Below are positions 26,824 through 40,086 of a DNA stretch of 64,000 nt, piece by piece (position 1 is the stretch's first letter; every line of letters starts with the position of its first letter). The notes under the pieces were generated by a model. It was not told the origin of the DNA and did no database searches. It saw only the letters and a list, made by a program, of their open reading frames with translations. A program made the position numbers and the translations under genes. This stretch comes from the human T2T-CHM13v2.0 reference genome, Homo sapiens: assembly GCF_009914755.1 (NCBI RefSeq), contig NC_060932.1; one strand, written 5' to 3'.

Positions 26824-26874
26824 AGAAAAAAAAAATGGAAACAATCAAACCAGAAAAAAAAAATGGAAACAATC
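26824..26874. repeat. 23-bp direct duplication with 5-nt spacer
   Basis: agaaaaaaaaaatggaaacaatc at 26824-26846 and 26852-26874. Confidence 0.9.
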
Positions 26875-27668
26875 TTTTCCAAACGAGGTCCAAATGAGAA
26901 TCATGGATATCAAGAGGTTGTTGGTTGAGCCAGTGTGTGTCTAGTGACCCCCAGCACCTAAATCTCTATGCTGGGTTCCCATTCTTAACACTCACTATGT
27001 GCACTGCAATTCTTTTGAAAGAACAAAAGCTATTTCTTTGTGAAAAATAAATGGCCATCAAATTAGTTAAAAAGATACTTTAAATTGTGAATGTTTTAAA
27101 ATTATACTAACCTCCTTATGGAAATGTTGTTAGGGGAAAAGTCAGTAATCTACACAAACACACCTTCCTTTGTGGGGGTAAATTAGGGAATATAAATAAT
27201 CTTGGGATGTATGTTTTCCCAGGGTGTAGAGTGTGTTGTATAGAACCCCACTGCCCCATTGAATGCAGCAGGGGATACACAGAAGAATAAGACATGATTA
27301 AAATCTCTGCCCCTTGAAATACACATGAAGACTTGAGAGCCACGTGAGAGCTGGCACGGGACAGCATCTGATTAGTCACCCCAGGGGAGGAGCAGACAGT
27401 AAGCTCCACACATCCAGAGGGGACAGACCATTCAGCATGGGTGTGGAGGCCAAGAGGTTTCTATGGACAAGGTCAAGGAAACCATCATAAATAAATTTTA
27501 GGCATGGATGGGGTGAGACAGAAGGACGAGAAGGAAGCCTTCCTCATGTCACATGCATGTCTAGAGCCACACTTTCTGTCCAAGCTCTATACCTCTTTGT
27601 GAGTATATTGGAAACTTTCCAATTATAAGCAAAAATGATTTTGAGGACACGCATGTTATAAAACCTAG

Positions 27669-28029
27669 TAGAGTTGGCTCTTCCTATCCATGGGTACCAT
27701 ATTCATGGGTTCCTCATTGCATCCATGGATTCAACCAACCACAGATTTTAAATATTCAAAAAAATGAATGGCTGCACCTGTACTGAACGTGAACAGACTT
27801 TTTTCTTGTCGTTATTCTCTAAACAACACAGTATAATAACTATCTACATAGCATGGACATCGTATTAGTTATAAGTAATCTAGAGGTAATTTACAGTATG
27901 CAGGAGGATGTGTATAGGTTACATGCAAATACTATGCCATTTTATATAAGGATCTTGAACATCCATGGATTTTGGTATATGTAGGAGGTTCTGGAACACA
28001 TCCTCCACGGATACCAAGGGATGACTGTA
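27669..28029. mobile_element. MER2-like Tigger MITE
   Basis: 'catccatggattcaaccaaccacaga' ... 'ccacggataccaagggatgactgta'; TA flanks. Confidence 0.88.
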
Positions 28030-28989
28030 TAGTGTTGGACATATAGTAAGTATTCAAAACCGCTTTTGAATTTTAATGTTCCAGTCCTTGAAAGACTGTT
28101 CTAATATTTCTGCATATGCTTGTGTGTGTGTGCACTTGTGCATGTGTGTGTTTGATGTGTAGATAGGTGGATGGAATGTCAGTCTTTCTAGAAAAGCTGA
28201 GGTTCAGGGAAGCAGAAGGACTCCTCCATCTCCACGTCAGTGCCCAGGCCCAGGATGTGCACTGGCATTGCCACTGCAATGTAGCTCAGTGGACTCTTCC
28301 GCAGGGGCTGCTGCAAGGTTCTCCTCTGTTCAAAAGCAACCACCTAGATAAACTAAAGCAACTCCCTAAATGCCGCTCAAAGATTTTGATCTCAAAGAAT
28401 GTGGAGGGAAAGATCATTAAAATAATCAGCAAATAGCTCTCCACTTCCAGATCCACAAAGCCAGGAATCCCATTGGCCTGCAGTGTTGCTGAAGTAACCT
28501 CCCCAGGATCTCTGACTGCCCAGGCCATCAAGGCCAGGACCCAACATAATGAAAGCACCTAGGCTCCAAACCCTGAGCACCTCTCCCCTCTGCTAGGCGT
28601 GAGATTATAGCTGAATATAACGGGAGGCTGGAAGAGAAGTTATCCATCCCTAAAGAAAAGCCTCGGAAAATGTCCAGTGGCTTCTAGGCCGGTCTCAGCA
28701 GATTCCAGAGCCACCCAGCATCCCCCACCTGCCAAGGGCCTCCCACCTGTCCCACCCTGGCCTGGCTGTCAAAACGGATGCAGATTCTCCACTGCCGATC
28801 TCACCCTCCTGGCTGAGAAATCTCCAAGATCTACACCCTAATTGCTCTTTAAAAATAAGTTACACTTTTCACTTCCTGGAGTCTGCCAAATGGCTAGTGG
28901 GGAAGAAAAAAATGTAAAGCAGAAAAAGGTAGAAAAAACAAAGCCACATTATCAGGCAGCTTTGATCTTAAGACTGTTTCATTACTGCA

Positions 28990-29560
28990 CTCTGGGTTAA
29001 AAGGAGAAGGAGGAAAAAAAGCAACACTTCAGGCAGGAAATGTCTATTATTCAGATATGTAATATAATTATGTGTCTGCATGGCCCGTTTATCAGCCGGC
29101 GTTTTCTGGGAAGGATGTGGTGGAGTTAGACACATCGTCTCCTCTCCTCACCGGCTCCCTCCCACCCTACAGCCCCCTTCTCCCCACTCTTCCTTTTTTT
29201 TTCCTCCAGGACACTTCCAATTTCCCAGGTTTCGTGACCACTTACATGTCTTTCCTGAGTGTTTTTATATAGCGTAGGAAATTGGGTAATGAAAGCCGAG
29301 TCATACATTTCTGCTTTATGTTTCCAAAGAAGCAAGTGTGACTGTCAGGTTTACAAAAGATTGCTTATGTTCACTGGCGTGAAATGGGGAGCCAGCGTTG
29401 GGAGCAGAGAGAGAGAAAGGCCGGCCAGGCTGGGATGACAGCGGAGCATTCATCGTCCACGCTACAGCAGACAAAGCGCGGTCCCTGCCTGACAGGGACC
29501 ATAAATCATGGGCGGGAGCTGCTGTACCTACAGCTTATACCATTCCAGATGACAAACACA
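28990..29560. promoter_or_regulatory. Candidate enhancer with MEIS plus PBX-HOX composite
   Basis: TGACAG 29490-29495 next to CCATAAATCA 29499-29508 (TGATTTATGG on the minus strand); CTGTCA 29342-29347; retained CpGs. Confidence 0.45.
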
Positions 29561-29579
29561 CAATAATCCACACAGCACA

Positions 29580-30022
29580 GGCTTTCTCCTGCTCGCCTCT
29601 TCCCCACCCAGTGCCTGTTCCCTCTCCTCTTCCTCACCTTCCTCCCACTGGCTTCCCTCATTTTTTTCCTTGTACCCCCTGGGGTTTCCCACTCCTCTCT
29701 CCCCTATGCCTGCTCCTGGCTGCCTTTGCCTCTTCTCTCCCCAGCTTGTCTCACTTCCTTCCTTTCTCCTTGTTCCTTTTCTCCCTCCTGCCTGGTGTGC
29801 TCACGTCTTTTTTGGAAATGTCTTCTTTGTTCCTCTTCTCTGTTTCTCCCTCTTCTGCCTCCCTTCTTCTACTCCTTGTTAATCTCCCTTTGTATATGCA
29901 ACCTTTATTTCCTTTTTTTTTTTCTATTTTTTCTTGCTGTCTCTCTCCTCTACCTATCCCCTGCCCTCCCCTCTCCTTCCCTTTCCTCTCCTCTCTCCTC
30001 TCTCCCTCATCCCTTCTGGTTT
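29580..30022. repeat. ~440-bp CT-rich low-complexity tract
   Basis: Strongly pyrimidine-biased + strand. Confidence 0.85.
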
Positions 30023-31469
30023 ACCCATAGCCCCAATCTGCTAAGAATAATTTGCCCTCTACCCTGCAGATCCCCTTGGTATGGAAACAAAGAGAGGAGA
30101 GGGCACATTCCCCAGCAGTGGGAGCCTCAGCACTGGGGCCATGCTGGACCCCAGAGGGAGGCCAACCCTGGGGACAGGACAGGGCCTCTGGCTTATGACC
30201 ACCTGACCCAGGCTGGGCTTCCTCCCAAACAGCCAGAGCAACTTGACATCCGAGTGCCAGGGCAGAACCACAGCCAATCCACAGAGCAAAGGAAAAGGCA
30301 GTGGGCACAGTTCCATGTTTATGAGTTGGTTCTTCTTCCCCAGGTCAAGGAAACTCCTTCCTCACTTAATGCTGTCAAGGGTTTAAGCTGAGGAAACTCC
30401 GGAAGGGCATTTTCAGTATTGGTACCTGCTCTCTGTGCGCATGACTGTGTATGGGAAGGTTGGTGAGGCAAGGAGGGTGTCTCTGTGTGTCAGAGCTCCC
30501 CTCATTTCACAGCTGTGCCAGGATTTTCAGCAAGAGCCTTGATATGAAAGACTAAATCTAAGAGGCTTCTCGTACACACCTTGTACCATCTGTTTACAAC
30601 TCAGCTCCCTCTGAAAGTTGAGATATAAGGAAATCCCCCTTCCTCATGCCCTCCGTTCCCTGAAGAACACCCTCCTTTTCCCTGAGTGATGAGATTCTTG
30701 TGAGACAATAGGTAAAGTGAAGATAAATCATTTTGATGATTTTCATTCAACGATCCCTGGATCAGGGTTAGGGGCTCATTCATAAGAGGACTAGCTTGGC
30801 TAATAGCTCATTTCTGATTTAACATCACATGAAGCACGGGGGTTATTGTTTACAATCTGAAATGCAATCTAAGTTTACACTGCAGTTAATCCAGTATTTT
30901 TAAATCCCAAACTACTGGTACCCAAGAAATCATCTAGACTCAGTCTTGCCAGGCAGCTGGAGCTTCAGACTTCTGGGACCCAAAGAGGCTTCGCTCAAGG
31001 TATAAGGAGTGGTTCACAAGAATGGCTTCCAGCTCCCAGCCCAGGGATAGCTTCAGATGATCTGGGCTGTCAGAGAGTGGGCTGTCCACACAGCAAGTCA
31101 GAGACCCTCACTGTGTTTGCCCTTCAAGGTTTGCAGAACCTCGCAGTACAACAGGAAGAGTCCGTTTGACTCAGAGCTGGGCATGAGCTGGAGGCATGGA
31201 GGGTGGTGGTCTCTCAGGAGGTACTGGAGTCCAACTGGTCCTTTTTCCCCAGAGCTCCCGTGGCAGTCCACTGCCAAGATCCTGCTAAAAGGAGAATGGC
31301 CCATGTTGAAGAAAACTGGGTGACCACATTCCAGGATAATTAATGAAGCCTAGTAAGAAAGAAACCAGCAATCAAGCCAGAAACAGAAAACGATCCCTCT
31401 CATGCCTCCTCCCTGAGCTATGACTTGCTGGGAAGGGAAAAGGACTATCTGGCTGGACAACCCTTAAAT

Positions 31470-31535
31470 GGATGCGTCCTAATTAACGGAGGATTTAATT
31501 CATCAAAGTGACAGCGACTCTATTTATATAATCTC
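31470..31535. promoter_or_regulatory. Dense motif cluster (homeodomain, TCF/LEF, MEIS, MEF2-like)
   Basis: CTAATTAA 31479-31486, CATCAAAG 31501-31508, TGACAG 31509-31514, CTATTTATATA 31520-31530. Confidence 0.4.
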
Positions 31536-32199
31536 CTTCAACAGGGCTGAGGGTCGGGCTATGGGGTTTCTTACCTTTCCCTTTCCTTCTTCCTTCTTCT
31601 CTCTCTCTCTCCTCTCCCTGCCCGCTCCTCTCCTCCTGCCCCCTTAGCTTTTCTAATAGGGCCATGGCAAGATTTAAAGAGGAAGGTAATTTCAAGCAGA
31701 GAATTGTTCCACCATCTCCCCAGAGTCTTCTTAATAGACCCCCTCAGCCCTCCAATTTGGCCTGGAAAACAGCACAGTCCTGTTCCAGAAGCAAGGATGA
31801 CAGCAAGTGCTGCCCAGAAGCCTGGTGGGGGAAGGGAGAGGGCCTCCCTGCAGGCAGGAACGTGCATTACATACCACACCACATGCCACGCTGTCACAGA
31901 TCAGACAGCGGCCCTGGCAGACTCTCAGAGAGCCCCTCATTTTACGGATGAGGACACTAAGCTGGGAAGAGAGGGAGTGCCATGCTCAAGGCTGCACACT
32001 GATCATGGAAGAGCAGGAACCAGGGCTCCCCCTCCTCCCCCAACTCTGCTTGCTACCTCCACAACTCCACGTGTGGCAGCTGCTGAGAACACTCCCCTGG
32101 TGAAACAGCTCCCCACCGTGCTGGCTCCTTCCTGTGGGTGGAGGCGTCCTCTTCTGTAATCATTTTTTATTAGGATTAACTCTGTGAATTGTCATTGTT

Positions 32200-32410
32200 A
32201 AAAATAGTTACCGTTTATGAAATACTTACCATGGGTGAAGCCCTGTGCTACGTGTTTTCCCTAAATTAATCTTGTCCACATTGTAAGGTGGGTACTACCT
32301 TCTCACTCATATTTTAAGATGAAGAAACAGCCTCAAAGAGATTAAATGACATGCCCAAACAGAAGGTGACTAACCGTTAAGCCCATTCTTCTAGCCACAA
32401 GCTATAATAC
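32200..32410 (-). mobile_element. MIR
   Basis: 'tgtaaggtgggtacta...attttaagatgaagaaacag...ttaaatgacatgcccaa'. Confidence 0.65.
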
Positions 32411-33049
32411 CACTTTTAAATCGAAATGACTCCCAGAGGGCATTAAATTAAGCTCTTTACATTTTCCTGTGGATGAATGCAACTGGAACTTTGTGTTCAA
32501 AAAGACATTTCCCCAGCCCAGAGCTCCCTGCCACTGGAGGAAAAAGCAAAGTTTCCCCCTCGTCTCTGATTTGCCTGAGGCTCAAGTTCTGCTCCCCCAA
32601 AGTAGATTCCAGGGTAAGGGGGATCTCCTTGTAAGGCTGACATGTATCACATAGCCAAACTGCCAGGTAGTGGGCAGCAGCAGCTGTCCACAGGTCACCC
32701 CCAGAGTCCACAGAACCTTCTGGAAAACATCTACTTCCATCCCTTTTCTTACCCTCAATATAGAATTCCACCCAGGCTTGTCCCAGGCTTGTAAGGGCCC
32801 ATGTTGTAGCTGAATTAATTGGGCCTATTAGAGTCCAGAAAAGAAAAATGAGTCCCGGTCCCTCCTACTCAGGCCATTAGTCACTCACGGCAGAATCCTA
32901 GGTCCAAAGAACAGTTCCCTTCCCAAGGAAGAAGAGAAAGTGGGGGTGGAGAGGGAGAACACAAAACAAAAACGCCAGGAGGCCCCTGGGCAAGGGAAGT
33001 CCCTTTCTTCTAAGTTGGGTCACAATCACACCCCATCCGTCAGCACCAG

Positions 33050-33360
33050 GATGAAAGGCCTATAAAACCAACACAGCACCTGAGACTGTATGAAAATATA
33101 TATCCTGATGTGTCAGGAATACCTGGCGCGCCTTTAACCTCAACTTCAGATGAACCAACACGCCTCGGAGCACATTTATATGCAAAGGCATATAATATGT
33201 CCCCTGTATCTAATTATCTGTCAACCTGAGGCAGTTTGTTTTCCAAATCGGCCTCTCGGCTGTGACTTTACGAGGTCATAAAGAAAACGATGCCACTCTG
33301 CACTGAAACGCAAGGAGAGCCTGGATCAACAAATTATACTCCTTAATGGTGTCTCTTGGC
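33050..33360. promoter_or_regulatory. Candidate enhancer with posterior-HOX motifs
   Basis: TAATTA 33211-33216, CTGTCA 33218-33223, TTTACGA 33267-33273, GTCATAAA 33275-33282; many retained CpGs. Confidence 0.4.
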
Positions 33361-33802
33361 CTGGAGAGTCAGGCCTGGCAGGGAGAAAGGAGGCACAGTC
33401 CCGCTTCCCTACACCCTGCCTTCTGCTGAAGAACAGAGAAAGGGGTGCATGAAGCATGAGGTAACCCTAAGAGGCCCCATAGCATCAGACGCAGGTCAAG
33501 TCTGAGTAGAAGTGACTTCCTTCTCCAGCTCAGCTTCCTCAGTTTTTCAGCTCTTTATGTGCAACGTCTGTCTGCAAAGTCTGGACACCTCCGGAGACAC
33601 AACTGAGCTGGATGTCTCTGCAGTCTTCAATATCACCTCGGGCCTTCTTGAATTGTCCTGTGCCATGGAGCATCTTTTGCTCCTGGGACCCCAAGGATTT
33701 TTGGTTGCAGAGGGGAAAACTTTAATCCATTCCATGTGCAACAGCTTCTGCCTTCAGGCATCCAAACATCAAGATCCTATATTCCACAAAAAAGTTGGTT
33801 GC

Positions 33803-34114
<312 letters not shown>

Positions 34115-34280
34115 TTATTCCACCGTTGTATCTGGGAGAAGAAGGCTTGGGTGACTCCCTGAAACTTCTAAGCAAGAGGAGAAAATGTATCCTCCCAAAG
34201 CAGGGAAGGTAGGTGGCAGCAACAGCAGCAGGAATGCTTTGTCGCTGGTGAGGCCATCTCTCTCCCGCCAAGCTCAGCAC

Positions 34281-34332
34281 CACATGCGCGCACGCGCTCA
34301 CACACACACACACACACACACGTGCACACACA
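34281..34332. repeat. (CG)/(CA)n alternating purine-pyrimidine tract
   Basis: cacatgcgcgcacgcgct(ca)n cgtgcacacaca. Confidence 0.9.
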
Positions 34333-35069
34333 AAGGGAGAGGGCGGAGGGGTGGTCTCGCACACAGTCTTCAGCTCCTATTAGTCCTCCTCTGATCTTTA
34401 GCAGATTAATTAGGAAGTTTGTCAGGAACCAGCCGTGAACTCCAGCCGCTCCTCTCTGGGAGTGGTAACAGTGCCAGCGAAATCTAAGCTGCAGGAATTC
34501 CTCTAGCCACGCTGCTCCTATGATTAATGATAGAAAGGAATAAAAAAAAGAGGGGTCAACAGCTGAGTGCAAAGCAAGTTGCTAGACAGGGAGTAATTAA
34601 GATACTTGGGTAAATATGATTAATAAGCTCAAACTGGCAGGGTGTGCAGTAAACAAGGACTAACCAGATGGTCCCCTCTCTTAGGAGAAGGCTGGGCACT
34701 TAGAAACAAGGGGGAATGGGGGTGCGGGGGAGACTGAAGGAGGAGGGAAAGAAGGGCAGCTTGGAAGGTGTGATTGCAATGTTACTTTCTTTAGCTGACC
34801 CTATCTAGAGGAAAAGGTTGGGTCCCCCGGGAGGGATCAGGACAGGGAGGTTGCTTGGGTAGGTACTCTGCCGGCCCTCTTATCACAGGCAGCAGACACA
34901 AAGCTGGACATAGAAGGATTCCTGCTCAGACTCAAGGCCGCACTTCTAAAGCTGCTCTGGTCCTACTCCCTTCTCCCCCTACCCTTCTGCCACCCCTGAT
35001 TCCCTGCTTTTTCCCTCATTTACCAGCAAGCTGCAGACAAGACATACAGTACACAGGTCAGTGTCACCA

Positions 35070-35520
35070 GATTCATTCACTTTGGCTGCAAAGCACCACG
35101 CACCCCAGACCAGGTACCTTCAACAACAGAACATGCTGTCTCACAGTTCTGGAGCCCAGAAGTTCAAGGTCAAGGTGTGGACAGGGTCAGTTCCCCCTGA
35201 ACGCTGTAAGGGAGCATTTATTCGAGGCCTCTCCTCCAGCTTCACATGGGCTGCTGGCCACCTTTGGTGTCGCTTGGCTTGTAGACGCGTCGCCCAGATC
35301 TCTGCCGTCATCTTCTCATGGTGCTTTCCCTGTGGGTGTGTCTTTGTCCAACTTCTGCGTTTTCATAAGGACACTGGTCAAACTAGGTCAGGGCCAACCC
35401 TAATGACTTCATCTTAGCTAATTATAGCTTCAAGGACACTATTTCCAAATAAGGTCACATTCTGAGGTGCTGGCAGTTAGAACTTCAACATTTGAATTCG
35501 GGGTACACAATTCAATCTTT
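35070..35520 (-). mobile_element. MaLR LTR, MLT1C-like
   Basis: 'tctcacagttctggag...aagttcaaggtcaaggtgt', 'tatttccaaataaggtcacattctgaggt'. Confidence 0.85.
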
Positions 35521-35969
35521 AGTAGCCATTTATAAGGTTTGAAAGCAAACCGGGTCCTACTCAGAACTGAATTGGGACCAAAAAAAAAACACAAAGCTGT
35601 CATAGCAATGTGGGAAGGAGGATGTGGCAAGGACCCCCATCTCTCAGCTCATTGCTAAAAATTATGCCTCTCCTAAGTCCTAAACAATACCTTAGAAAGT
35701 GCATCCTTTGGTGTGTGATGTCAAGGAGACACTTGACGCTTCCAGAGATGATGTTGAGAAAGAACCATGGTTGGGTGTCCCCTAAGATCCTAGTTAACAG
35801 GAAATATCTGCAGGCCCCAGAAAAGAAGACTCAAAAGATTTACCTTAAGTAAGTGGAGATGTGCTAATACATTTCATCTGCAGCTACGGGCGGCTCCACA
35901 CTAAGGACAAGGCACTGCTGGGGAGACATAATTATATCCTGCTCTGAAGGAGCCTGCAGTCTGTATTCC

Positions 35970-36375
35970 TGCGTTAGTTCCCTGTGGCTGCTGTAACAGA
36001 TGGCCACCAACTGGGTGTCTTAAAACCACAGACTTATTCTCTCACAGTTCTGGAGGTCAGAAGGCCAAAATCAGCATTGCTGGGATGAAATCAAGGTGTC
36101 AGTGGGACTGTGCTCTCTACAGAGGTGCCGGGGGAGTCTGGTAGCCCCTACATTCCTTGGCTTGTGGCCTCATCCCTCCAGTGTTCAAGGCCGGTATCTT
36201 CACATTCACATCTCATGCTCTGTCTTCACATTGCACTTCCTCTGTGTGAAAAGCTCCCTCCACCTCCCTTTTGTAAGGATACATATGATTTCATTTAGGG
36301 CCTGGCTGGATAATCCAAGACCATCTTTCCATCTCAACATCCTTAACTTAATCTCATCTGCAAAGACCATTTCTT
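35970..36375 (-). mobile_element. MaLR LTR, MLT1C/D-like, truncated
   Basis: 'gctgctgtaacaga...ttattctctcacagttctggaggtcagaag', 'ccttaacttaatctcatctgcaaag'. Confidence 0.8.
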
Positions 36376-37346
36376 CCCAACCTTCCATAATTCCCATAAA
36401 ATTTTCTTCTTCCAGTGACTTCTCTCAACTGATCTGCATGGAACTAGACAGCCCAGTCTTTTCCTTGATCTCACAGTTAAGGAAAGCCAGGCCCATGGAG
36501 GGCAAAGTGTACTTCTTCACAGAAAGTCCAAAGTCAGGATTGGGTGAGGGCTTCGTGGGGACTTAAACTCTTCCTATAAATCAGTTCCCTATCTTTTTTA
36601 TATCACGTATCTATTTAAAAAATTTTTTTAAGAGGGTGTTGAAAATGATAGTGTTGCCAACTTTTTTATTTGGCCAAGTAAAAACATTTAAAAAAAAAAC
36701 AGCTACCATATATATTTATACTTCTTAAAGAAAGACATCTTAATTTTAAAAAGCAAAGTAAGAAAGATTAATCCCAGAACAAAGTATAGTCCTCCCAAAA
36801 AGACTATTGGCAACTCCGCACGCTCCATACACTCCACATTGGTCTTCATTTTATTGTGCCCAAGGTTGTAACAATTCATTAAGGACCTGCTATTGAAAAA
36901 GATCCTTCCGTGCAGCATAAACCTATTTTCAGTGGATGATTCAGTTGGGCTTCTCCCAGGGGAAGTGCCCACAAATGTGAACCCCACAGAGACTCAGGAG
37001 AAAAAGGAGGAGCTTCATCAGCCTTGCTAAGAGGAGGCCTTGTTCTCATCCTCCTGCCCCATAGGAAACATTCTCAATCCCCAAAGGCAAGTGCGGCACT
37101 GACCAGACCAGTCTGGGGGGCCAACCAGACCGTGCAGCCCAGCTGCCAGGGCACCCTGCCTCCTCCCAACCTCTGGCAAGTCACAGACCTTTCTCTCAAT
37201 TATGGAGCTCAGCAAACATCCTCAGAATGTTTCTTTCATTATGGGGTTTTGTCTTCGCAGAGATGCACTTGGTAGGAGTGCGATACTCTGGCTGGTGAAA
37301 AACTTCCTGGTGTCTTCCTCTTTCCCCCTGAAATAAAGTAATTATA

Positions 37347-37660
<314 letters not shown>

Positions 37661-38294
37661 TAAAGTAATTATAAACCCCCCCAAAAAAAATGAACAGCGT
37701 CTTCACAGAATAATGCTGTGGGAAAGACTTTTTATTGAGAACTTAACTGCCCTTCCAAAATGCCAGTCTCCACCCCTTTCCTTGCTAACTGCTTTTCTCC
37801 CAGACAGGGTGACAATTCTGCTCTGAAGTCCCAAATCTGACCAGTGAGCATGTGTGGGAGTAGTTCAGCAGACATCTAATTTATCCCCATAATGACATGG
37901 AGATACGCCCTCCCTCTTTCTGGGGCATTACCACTTGGCAGGAGGAGATTTTATTCTCAATAGCTCGTTTATTTTCCTCCCAATTTGCCATTTGTAACAA
38001 TAGAATCAGGATAAAGCAGATAAGATCAGATGCTATACCAAGTCAGGACCGACGCAACCTCACAGTCTCTTAAAGGGTGGCCAGGACAGGGCAGCCACTG
38101 TCATCACCTGTCTACCTAAGGCTCTGGGCAAACTTCTCATCCAAAGGGCCATGACAGCAGTAGAGCAGTGGTTGTCAAGACGGTTGGATCACCTCATTCT
38201 TTAGTGCAAGATGAGGTCCTAAGCTCTAACCAGCCCCCATGAAAACTTACAAAAAAAAAAAAAAAAACCTTTAATTAGGGAAATGAGCACAAGA

Positions 38295-39290
38295 GAATCA
38301 ACTCAACAAAAGTATGGGCACCGGATGTATGCCCAGCACTGCACCAGGCCTTGGAGAGGCAGAGTTTCTGCCCTCAAGGAGGTCACTGTGCAGGAGCCCG
38401 ATGCTGGATACCCACAAGTGCAATGTAAGGGCTGTAATAAATGTGTACAGTGAGCGTAAGCACGGAGGAGGGGCTCTGTTTTCAGTGTGTGTTCCCCAGA
38501 AACAGACTCCAAAGCAAAGCTTCAGGTACAAATAGATCATTCGAAGTAAACTGAAAAACCACTGATAGCGGAGTGACAAAGTGACCCAGGGGAGGGAAGG
38601 AAGCCAGGCAGGGTTCATTGTCACCAGTTGCTACACCAGATGGGGGAGCTCAGCTCCACGGGAGACCTCTCTGGGCTATCTTGCCTCAGAAATATCCTGT
38701 CCAGGGGTGGGGAACCAACAGTCATTGGTAGAGGGGTCTCCTAGGGAGGTAACCCACAACATTTTCAACCTGTCCCATGCAAGGGCAGAGTGAGCAGACA
38801 GAGAAAGCCTTCAGGTAGAGTAGCTGGTGCTGGCCGTTAGAAGTCACACTGCCAGTGCAAACATTGTAAATGCCACAGGGACTCGGGTGCAGCACCCATG
38901 ACAGCTGCTATAGACACGTGTGTTCCACCTAAAGTGAGGAGGAGGTCAGGAGGCTCCAAAGGAGTGTGGACATTTGAGCTGGGCCTTGGCAGATGCACCA
39001 GTGATGGCTAGGCAGAGATGTGCAGAGGGCATCAGGGAGGGAGGACATTTGTTCCAAAGTAAAGGGAAAGTGTGAACAAAGCAACAAAGCCTGGGAAGTG
39101 CATGATTTGTTTCAACACCTTCAGATGGCATGGGATTCTAGCTGTTGTGTAGACAGAAGGTCCAGCCAGGCAGCTGGAGAGTCTCAGAGAGGCAGACTAG
39201 GGCCGGACTGTGAAGACCTTGGCATCTCCTGCAGACACACAGGGAGACATCGTGGCTTTTAAATAAGAGAGAGACACGGACACAGGGAAG
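38295..39290 (-). mobile_element. L2 fragments flanking LTR33-like element
   Basis: 'tcaactcaacaaaagtat...tgcccagcactgcaccagg', 'ctgccctcaaggaggtcac'; resumes 'catttgagctgggccttg'. Confidence 0.6.
38480..38911 (-). mobile_element. ERVL LTR, LTR33-like
   Basis: 'ttccccagaaacagactc', 'cagagaaagccttcaggtagag', 'gcaggcacc'-type end 'cagcacccatgacagctgctata'. Confidence 0.65.
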
Positions 39291-40086
39291 TCTTCACGAA
39301 CTTGCTAGTCCCATGCCAGTCAGGACAGGCCGTGAGGACTTCACGTGTTCTCTGCAGGGCCTGGTACATTGAGGGGAAAGAGTGATATCAATGCAAGGCT
39401 CGAGTGTGGTGGGTGAACACATGGACTCAGTAGCACTAATGAAACTAACTCCTCATAAAACAAACAGCCAACAGAAGCATTTAAAAGAATGAAAATAAAA
39501 AGGACTTTCCAAATTGATGGTGTGCATCAGGGTGTGTGGGACCCCACACTCCTGGCCTGCAACAGGCTCTTATTTCAAGGCACGCTGGACTTGTCCCCAT
39601 GGGAATATCTGCTGGGCCAAGCTGATCAGAGCATGTCTTCTCTGTCTGCAGTCACCACCACCTGAGACCCAAGAGCTGGCATCAGTACCCATGCTCCTGG
39701 ATTCAGACTACCTACCTTTGCAAGGGGCAGTGGTACAGGGACAAGAAATTCCCTGTCGCTGTTTTTAAAAAGTTTGGCCTATGGTTTTGTATATCATCAG
39801 AGCAAATTGAGTTAAGGAAAGAAAAAGGAATTGAAGGTTTACCCAATGCTGACGCATACCCATTTTCATTCATTCTAGCCAATCTTGGACATTACTGATG
39901 TATTACTGAGATTTCATTCCAGTTGCTCCATTGTAAAGCCAGTTGGCTAGAGGCTTTATTGAGATAACACCCTCACAACTGCTATCACAAAGTTCTAAGT
40001 AGGACTACCAATTTCAAAATAGAAACCAGCAAATGAAGTTATTAGAGATCAGGTCTGGCCCTGAAGGCTTCTCTACAAAGGAGGCC

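Noticed and set aside
29398-30391. 210-aa and 221-aa ORFs
   Set aside because: Open only because the CT-rich tract lacks stop codons; L/S/P/F low complexity with no recognisable domain.
36650-36815. Possible MITE with gttgccaa/ttggcaac termini
   Set aside because: Only an 8-bp inverted match, no clear TSD, family not recognised.
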